This document shows, one piece after another, positions 56,410 to 64,000 of a stretch of DNA of 64,000 nucleotides. Every line of letters starts with the position of its first letter. The first letter of the stretch is position 1. The DNA is taken from assembly GCF_009914755.1 (NCBI RefSeq), contig NC_060926.1. One strand, written 5' to 3'. The notes below the pieces were generated by a model, which worked only from the letters and a program-made list of their open reading frames with translations, was not told where the DNA came from and ran no database searches. Source of the DNA: the human T2T-CHM13v2.0 reference genome, Homo sapiens. A program made the translations under genes and the position numbers.

Positions 56410-57960
56410 TTAATTTTTTAAAATCAAAGTAATGCTTACACATGGTTTAAAGAAGGGTTGGCAAAGTTATCTGTAAAGATCTAGAAAGTAAATATTTTAG
56501 CCTTTGCAAGCCACATGACCTCTGTTGCAGCTGCTCAACTCTGAGTTTGGCTGTGTTCCCTTTTATCTTTATTTACAAAAGCAGTGATAGGTAGGATTTG
56601 GCCCATGGGTCACAGTTTGCCAATTCGTTTATAGGGTCAAATAGTGCTAAAAGGCCCATGACAAAAACAGTGGTCCAATGGCCCCCTGCCGCCCAAACCA
56701 CTTCTAAGAAGCAGTCACTCCAAACCCTTCACTCTAAACCCCACAGGTTTTTTCTATTTTTCTCCATAATTCTAATAATGTATGAATCAAGGGATACCAG
56801 TGTGCTTTTATGTCTAAATATGAATTTACTGCTATTCCTTGGTTCATCAATTTTAGACATTTTCTGTTTACATCTGATTAAGGTAGTTGAAAATACTAGC
56901 TATTTTATAGCTATAACTCAAGCTATACGTTTTTTTCTCCTTGTTTCCTAAAATTATTGTTAGGCTATTTGGTTAAATGCATATTCAGTGTTTTTACTGT
57001 TATGAGAATGCAGCTATTGTTACTTTTGAGCCCATAACTATGGTTGCCTTTTGTCTCGTGCAAACTTTTGGTTTTACTGGAGTTAATGACTTTATTTGCT
57101 TAGTTTTCATTGAATCTCATGCTTTTTTTCCGTTCTTTTTAATAGTTATGTAAAATGTCTCTTACTGCAATCTTCCACTGAGTTAAAACCATCAAAAATC
57201 TATTGATTTTGGACTTTTTCCTAGGAACATTGCTCCTGGAGCCCTTCTTCATTGTCCTGATCACATCAGGATTGGTTTTTCTCTAAGCCTTGCATGGTTA
57301 TGTTAATTGCTGTCACCGTTTATCTGAGAATTCCCTTCCCATCTCTTGTGTGTTGGGTCCTCTGTTCCCTGGGTCCCTCATTTTGGTGGAGCACATTCGT
57401 CTAATCACCTGTCAGGAGTGACTGGGAGGAGGGTTGAGTGTAAGCCTGGTTTTTACTTTGCTGGCGTTGGATAGAGTAGCAAGGTTGGCATGTGACCCCC
57501 AGTCTTTAGTCTGTAGCCTTTTACATTCAGCCCTTCTCTGTGCCTGATGTCTTAGAGTCTGGATCTTGCTCTTTTTCAGTTTCTCCAGAGATAATATCTC
57601 TTGCCTCTCGATGAGTGAGATGGTGGGGGGCACCTACCTAGGAGTGTTATCCTTCCTTAAAGAATTTGTCAGGCAGCTTTTGTTCACCATTTTCAGCCCC
57701 CACCTTCGTCTACTTTTCATGATACCTGGGGTCTCCAGACCCTGTCGAAGTAGATAGGCTTGTGTTTCATGCTAGCTCTCTTCATTGGCAGGAACTTGGA
57801 TTTGACCTTCTTCCCCTCTGAGAAGTCATTACTTCCTTGTCTTTCCTTTTCCTGTCTGCATGTTGTGATTTGAGTTACAGATATCTGCTACTTCCATGAA
57901 GATAGAGTTTATGGTTTTGTTTCTTAATTTCCTTGTTTGGGGATGATTTTCAGAGAAGGA
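56410..57960 (-). mobile_element. HAL1/old L1M-like fragment, with MER58A inserted
   Basis: tttaaaatcaaagtaatgc...gtcaaatagtgctaaaagg...aaaaacagtggtcc; highly diverged. Confidence 0.5.
56452..56629 (-). mobile_element. MER58A
   Basis: ggttggcaaa...gtaaatattttagcctttgc...ggatttggcccatgggtcacagtttgccaa. Confidence 0.88.
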
Positions 57961-58689
57961 ATGAGATTGTCGTAATGACTGTAACTGTGGATGTGTGTTA
58001 GCTGATAATTTTTAAAATTAAAATATTTCTGTATCTGCAGTTTTCAAAACAATAAAGATGAAACTTATTTTCTTTCACCAGCTAAAATAAAGACCCACAG
58101 TCATCTCAGCTTTGGGGTTATATTAATATGTATGCATGAATGAATATATTCAAATATATATGTGCATGTATGCAACTGATAGTGTAATATAATCATCGGA
58201 AAACTTTTCCTCAACATTTTGATTATTTTTCTATAATTTTTAGCATCTTTCTTTATAAGGTGAATTTTTAGCTTAATATTGTGTTGTTGTTTACTTCTTA
58301 CACAATTGGCATTCCTGCTTGGGGCTTCCCTCCCACTGTATTTATAACTTAGTAGTGTAATAATGGTATAATGATACATCATTGTAGGCAATACTACATT
58401 GTTTTTCATGTCTTCATCTACCTTCTCATTCGCATTCCTGAAGTAGATAAGGTGTTACACCCAAGGGAAGCTGTTAGCTTTTATTAGCAGGCTATTTTCT
58501 GAAAAGTTTTAGCTAATTGTTTTTGGAGTTTGGCTTGCCTTTTCCCATGTAAAGAATATTTAAATGAAAATTTGTATTGTCTGCACAGGCTTTTCATATG
58601 TCAACATTTTGATTAATGTCAATGAATGTGTCAGTTAATTATGAATCTTAGCTAAGGCACTGGACATGAAGGGCAGATGGCCAGTGTAT

Positions 58690-58910
58690 CCAGAAATTCT
58701 CAAACTGTTTGTGATAGAGGACCAGATTGTTTTGTTTGTTCATCTATGGCAAACAGATACTTTTATAAAATACAAAATCATGTGCATGAATATAGCAATA
58801 AAAATTGCTATAAATTTTAAAAAATGCTTACTCCCAATTTTTGTATTTTTGTTGCAAATGAAAAACAAACAGTTTCATGGAATGCATTAGCCTACAGACT
58901 ACATTTTGAT
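58690..58910. mobile_element. Charlie-family hAT MITE (Charlie18a-like)
   Basis: ttctcaaactgtttgtgatagaggaccag...gatacttttataaaataca...aattgctataa...aatgcttactc. Confidence 0.55.
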
Positions 58911-59859
58911 CCAGGCATAGGAAAAAAATTGGGAAGAGCGTTTCTTCCCAAATTTTTGACGTGTGAAAAACTTGCCTACCATTCTGGTGCTTCTCTTTCT
59001 GGGCCTTTTGCTCACTTCCTGCTGATTTTATTCTTTCCCAAGCCCAGAGGGTCTCTTTGCCCTCCTAACTGCTCATTAGCTTCTAGTTTTGAAGAATTAT
59101 GCAGAGTAGTAATAATCACAGGCGCTGTTTATTGCACATCTATTGTAAGAAGAGTGCAGTGTCAGATGCTGGGATTACAGTGGCATACACATCAGAAATG
59201 GCGCTGCCTTTGGAATGTAAGAGTCTGTTGTCAAGAAAGAAAATATATGTATGTATATGTATGCCCGTGTATGTGAATGTATGTGAATATGTAATGAATT
59301 TCTCACAATCCAGTGAGGGTAGAGGATATTGTTCCCATTTATGAGTGGTAAATTTTGAATTTCAGCCTAGTCTTACTTTAAAGCTCATACTTTTTCCACG
59401 AAGCATTTTGGGGAGTATGCTGAATTATCCTATTTATGTGGCACATGCCCAGCCAATCCTGCTGTGCTGTACATCAGCAGTTTGGAAAAACCATCTGAGA
59501 TGCAAATAACATGTAAGTCCCTTCTTCTTCCTTTCTAGAAGTATTTTCTTTTAAAAGAAAAGGTACCTTTAAACATATTTAATGCTGATGTAAAAAATAG
59601 TAGAATTTTATTTCATTTTGTAGAGTGGAATAAAAAATTTACTCAGTGTGGTGCAAGATACTCTTGGCAAGGGTAGAGAGGTGGTTACTACCACTTGGTG
59701 TTTTTGCATCTCCACCAAGTTTATTCAACCTGACAAGCGAACTAGTTTTCCCACTCTCATATAAGGGTTGCTTTTCTGAGCTTTGACTTATTTTACAAAT
59801 GACTGCAATGAGACTTGCCCTGGGGCACAGCCATTTGTTAGAAGACCTGGCTCCCCACC

Positions 59860-60150
59860 TCCAGTCTGCCACTGACTTGCCTCAAGTCTGTGCTCAAATG
59901 CCACTTTTTCATGGAGGCCGGGCCTGACCCCTTATTTAAAAATACAAACTGCCTGTACTCCCCATCCTCCTCATCCTACTGTATTTTATCTCTCAAATTG
60001 CTTATCACTTACTAACATATCATTAATTCACGTATGTATTTTGTTTGTTAATTATTGTCTTCTCCCTTCACTAAAATTTAAGCTTTATTCCTTCCAAGAG
60101 CTGGATTTTTATTCTCTTTTTTCTTAGATGTTGCAAGAACTCAACACATG
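59860..60150 (+). mobile_element. L2 fragment
   Basis: ctcaagtctgtgctcaaatgccact...ggaggcc...ttattgtcttctccc. Confidence 0.6.
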
Positions 60151-60334
60151 TTGCAGAAAGGACTGCCATTGACCTGCAGTCTACAGTGTTTCTGCTTCTC
60201 CCATGCTGCCCTTGTCTATATCAAAAGATCTAAGTCTCAAGATTTGAGCTTTTACTCAGTATCAATAAAATGGCTTTCTCTGTTATACCCTGAGCCCGTC
60301 CCCCTACTTTCTTACTCCTTTCTGTTTCTCATTG

Positions 60335-60500
60335 TCTTCATTTGTATGACAAATGCATAATGAATGTCAGAAGTAGTGCTGGGGATATGGAAGTGAGTAA
60401 GATAAATGAGGTTTCTGAATCATGGTGCTTATGTTCTAGTTGGGGCAGACTAAGCCATAAAATTAACAAATAATTGAATAAAATAAGGATAACATGATAT
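60335..60500 (-). mobile_element. L2 fragment
   Basis: gtgctggggatatggaagtgagtaagata...tcatggtgcttatgttctagttgggg. Confidence 0.65.
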
Positions 60501-62784
60501 TGATAATTTATGATACTTCCAGGGAATCAGCGTTAGTTAGGTCGAGAAATTTCTCTCTGAGTAGGGGATACTTGAGGTTAGCTCTTCCTGCTTTCTTCTC
60601 TGCATTCTCTGTATTCTTTTTAGCTATACCTGTGATCCCTCTGCAGCATTCTGGAGGAATGAAGTTGTTAGAGAAACGCAGCTAACAGTAGCAGGTAGTA
60701 TTATCCCCAATCCTTTTTGAAGATCAGAGGCAAATAATCCCTTACTATTCCTATTACTGCCACACTGAAAAGAAGTTTTATAAACAGTGTGGGAGGGGGG
60801 TGGGTGTTGGCGGGAGGTAGGTGGTTGCAGTAAAGTGGATGAGGTCTTTATGTTTGTCTTAGAGTTAGTTTATTAAAGTTAACTTATTTTATAAACACGG
60901 CCGCCAGTACCTCTTCTGCAATAAATTAAAATTCTCCTTTCTGTGTCTTAATCTCTTCTTTGATTGATCCATAAAACTGTGTTCAAGTGAAGAGCTAAGG
61001 GCCATTATTGTTACCTGTAAAATGCTTTAAACCTTACTCAGTCATTCATATACACAAAGATACACACAACTGGTAGACACTATCTGTCGAAAGTATTCTT
61101 TGGAGTTAGCATACAAAGATGCCAACGTTATAGCACCAAGAAAGTTTGAATTGGAGATATTAAGTAAACTGTGAGTTGTACAAATTTGCATTCTCAAATT
61201 TATTCTTATTAAAATTCATTTTGTAGCAGAATGTTTTTTAGGGCTTTATAATGGAAGAATTATTCTAAAAATTAATAGCTTGCTCTTCTCTTTGGAGAGA
61301 TGGCTCCTTCCACTTTTTAGGTGTAGGCTTTGAATTCCTCTGGACCACACAAGTTTCTAAAACCTTGGCATCCAGGGCTTTGGACTATAAAATTTCATTG
61401 GAAACAAATAATGGAAAACAGGATTTTTAAAAAATCAGCTGTTTTCTTTAAAATTACTTTGAGTCATTGTTTTTCAATATTATTAAATTAGTAATGGTTC
61501 AGTGTTTTACGTCTTTCATACTGAGAATTGTTTTTAAATGGATTAAATCCATTTAATCTGCTTAAGTATATTTGCATCAATTATGCATTAAATATCTTTA
61601 ATTTTTTTTAATTTCAGACTTTTAACGTTTAATTTTCCTGATATAACTTCAGTTTTGTGATTATACTGTATATAAACCTGAAGAGTTACATAAGGCCTAT
61701 ACTTTCATGCATTTAAGAGTGAGCCTTTAACTCACTCCTAGAGCTGTAGGAAAATGAAATTTCTATATTCTTATAAAGTCAGTGTCTTGAGATGATGTAG
61801 ACAGTACATTTGGAAATAATTAAAATTTGTTCTTTATTAAAAAAAAGCTCTATCTAGATCTGGACCTTTTCTTCTCAAATAAATTTAGATTAATCCTAAA
61901 ATGAAAAATGAACCTCTAAAGCCCTTTATATAAAGAAAACCGCTGAGATTATAGTTACTTCACAAAGCTGAATGAAAGTGACATGGGTTAATTAACATTC
62001 CTTTAAATATTTAGCTGATATATGAACTAGGAAGTGAAATATATGTCTCAATACTTAAATATTTTTCTATTTGAAAAAGGGAATAAGTAATATTATTAAA
62101 ACTTAGATTATGAGATACTGTAGAAACAAATTCCCTGGAATTGTTGGTGCTTTTATATTGCAATTATTTTGTTTAGAATTATACATCAGAAGAAAACAAC
62201 TATTAATACCTTTTCTATGGCTTAACCTTTGTTAAGCCATACTGGTTTATACATAATGGTTTATACTGGTTCCCTGTCTTTAAAATAAGAGGCCTATTCT
62301 CGGTGGTCTCTGAGCCAATGAATTCCTTCCAGTCTTTGAACTTATAAATTTACTAGTCAAGGCTTGAAAATTCCAAGTATTTTTTTTGGGGCGGGGGGTG
62401 GTAATGAGGGGAAGGTGGGAGGAGAACTATTTTAGAGTGAGAAAACAGCCTATTCAAAAATAATGTTCAAATCAATATAAAATTCTCAGGCTTTTTTTTC
62501 CCCCCTACCAAGAGTATTTCTTTTACCTTGGAGATGAAAGACCTTTTTCTTAAATTTGTTCATAAATTAATGAATTTTCAGGCTACATGGCAAGACATTG
62601 GAATAACGGGTAGATTGGGGAATTCAAAATATGATGTTTTGTTGAATAGACTTTCTGCTTGGGGATGCACAGTAACAGGGGAATCCTGCAGAATTGCCGA
62701 ATCTATTATTCCTACCCTACAGCAGAGATTTCCTCTTTCAAGAGCTCAAAGCCCTAAGGATCTTTGAGGTTCTAGGTGCTGTAG

Positions 62785-63560
<776 letters not shown>

Positions 63561-64000
63561 ATTGGCCTTATTCAGAGGACGTATGTTCACTTCCATTGTG
63601 GTGTCTCCCTAAGGGATTTTTAGGACTAATTTTAATAAGTAATTTTTACCTTACCTGATAACTTTAAGAGCTCAGTGCCCTGTAAACTGTAGTTCTGTCT
63701 TTGAAATAGCAAAGTGTTTTCCTTTTTGTTCTCCAATTTAGACAAGCCTCAATTAATTCAGCTCACTCATCATAAGATGTATTTCCATCTCCTTAACCTT
63801 TGTGGTTACTGTCACATGGGTCATCTCCAGTTAGTTAATGATGGTCTCTTCAAATCTGACAAAATACTCTAAATGTAGTGGGACCACTTTGGCACAGAGT
63901 GAAACGATTCCTTGTTCTGTTCTCACACAGTCCTTGTATTATCATAGCCTAAGATGGTAATAATAATATTTTTAGCAGACTCATCACTGTTGACTTGTTA

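Overview
AT-rich primate (very probably human) non-coding DNA, roughly half made of recognisable interspersed repeats. These include Alu J/S elements, L1 (L1PA to L1ME, HAL1-like), L2, MIR, CR1/L3, MaLR LTRs (THE1/MST/MLT1, including one complete MSTA provirus), LTR33 and hAT/Tigger DNA transposons (Charlie1a x2, MER33, MER30 x2, MER2, MER47A, MER58A, MER102, Charlie4z). I find no supportable protein-coding exon, RNA gene, CpG island or prokaryotic-type system. The supplied ORFs are short and mostly repeat-derived. L1 orientation bias and a T-rich + strand hint at a large intron transcribed on +, but this is ambiguous and the host gene cannot be named. The most notable observations are: a decayed hAT transposase core with a CxxH motif (~15.1-15.5 kb); a candidate TDP-43-type poison exon whose donor runs into (GT)20 (22.7 kb); a 45-bp minisatellite formed at an Alu/TSD junction; a twin-primed old L1 with a complex junction; a ~95-bp local copy inside a TA tract; a perfect 31-bp AT-rich tandem array; and several motif-dense repeat-free candidate enhancers. 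Family names come from remembered consensus sequences, not a database search, and boundaries of old repeats are approximate. No new biological system is convincingly supported.
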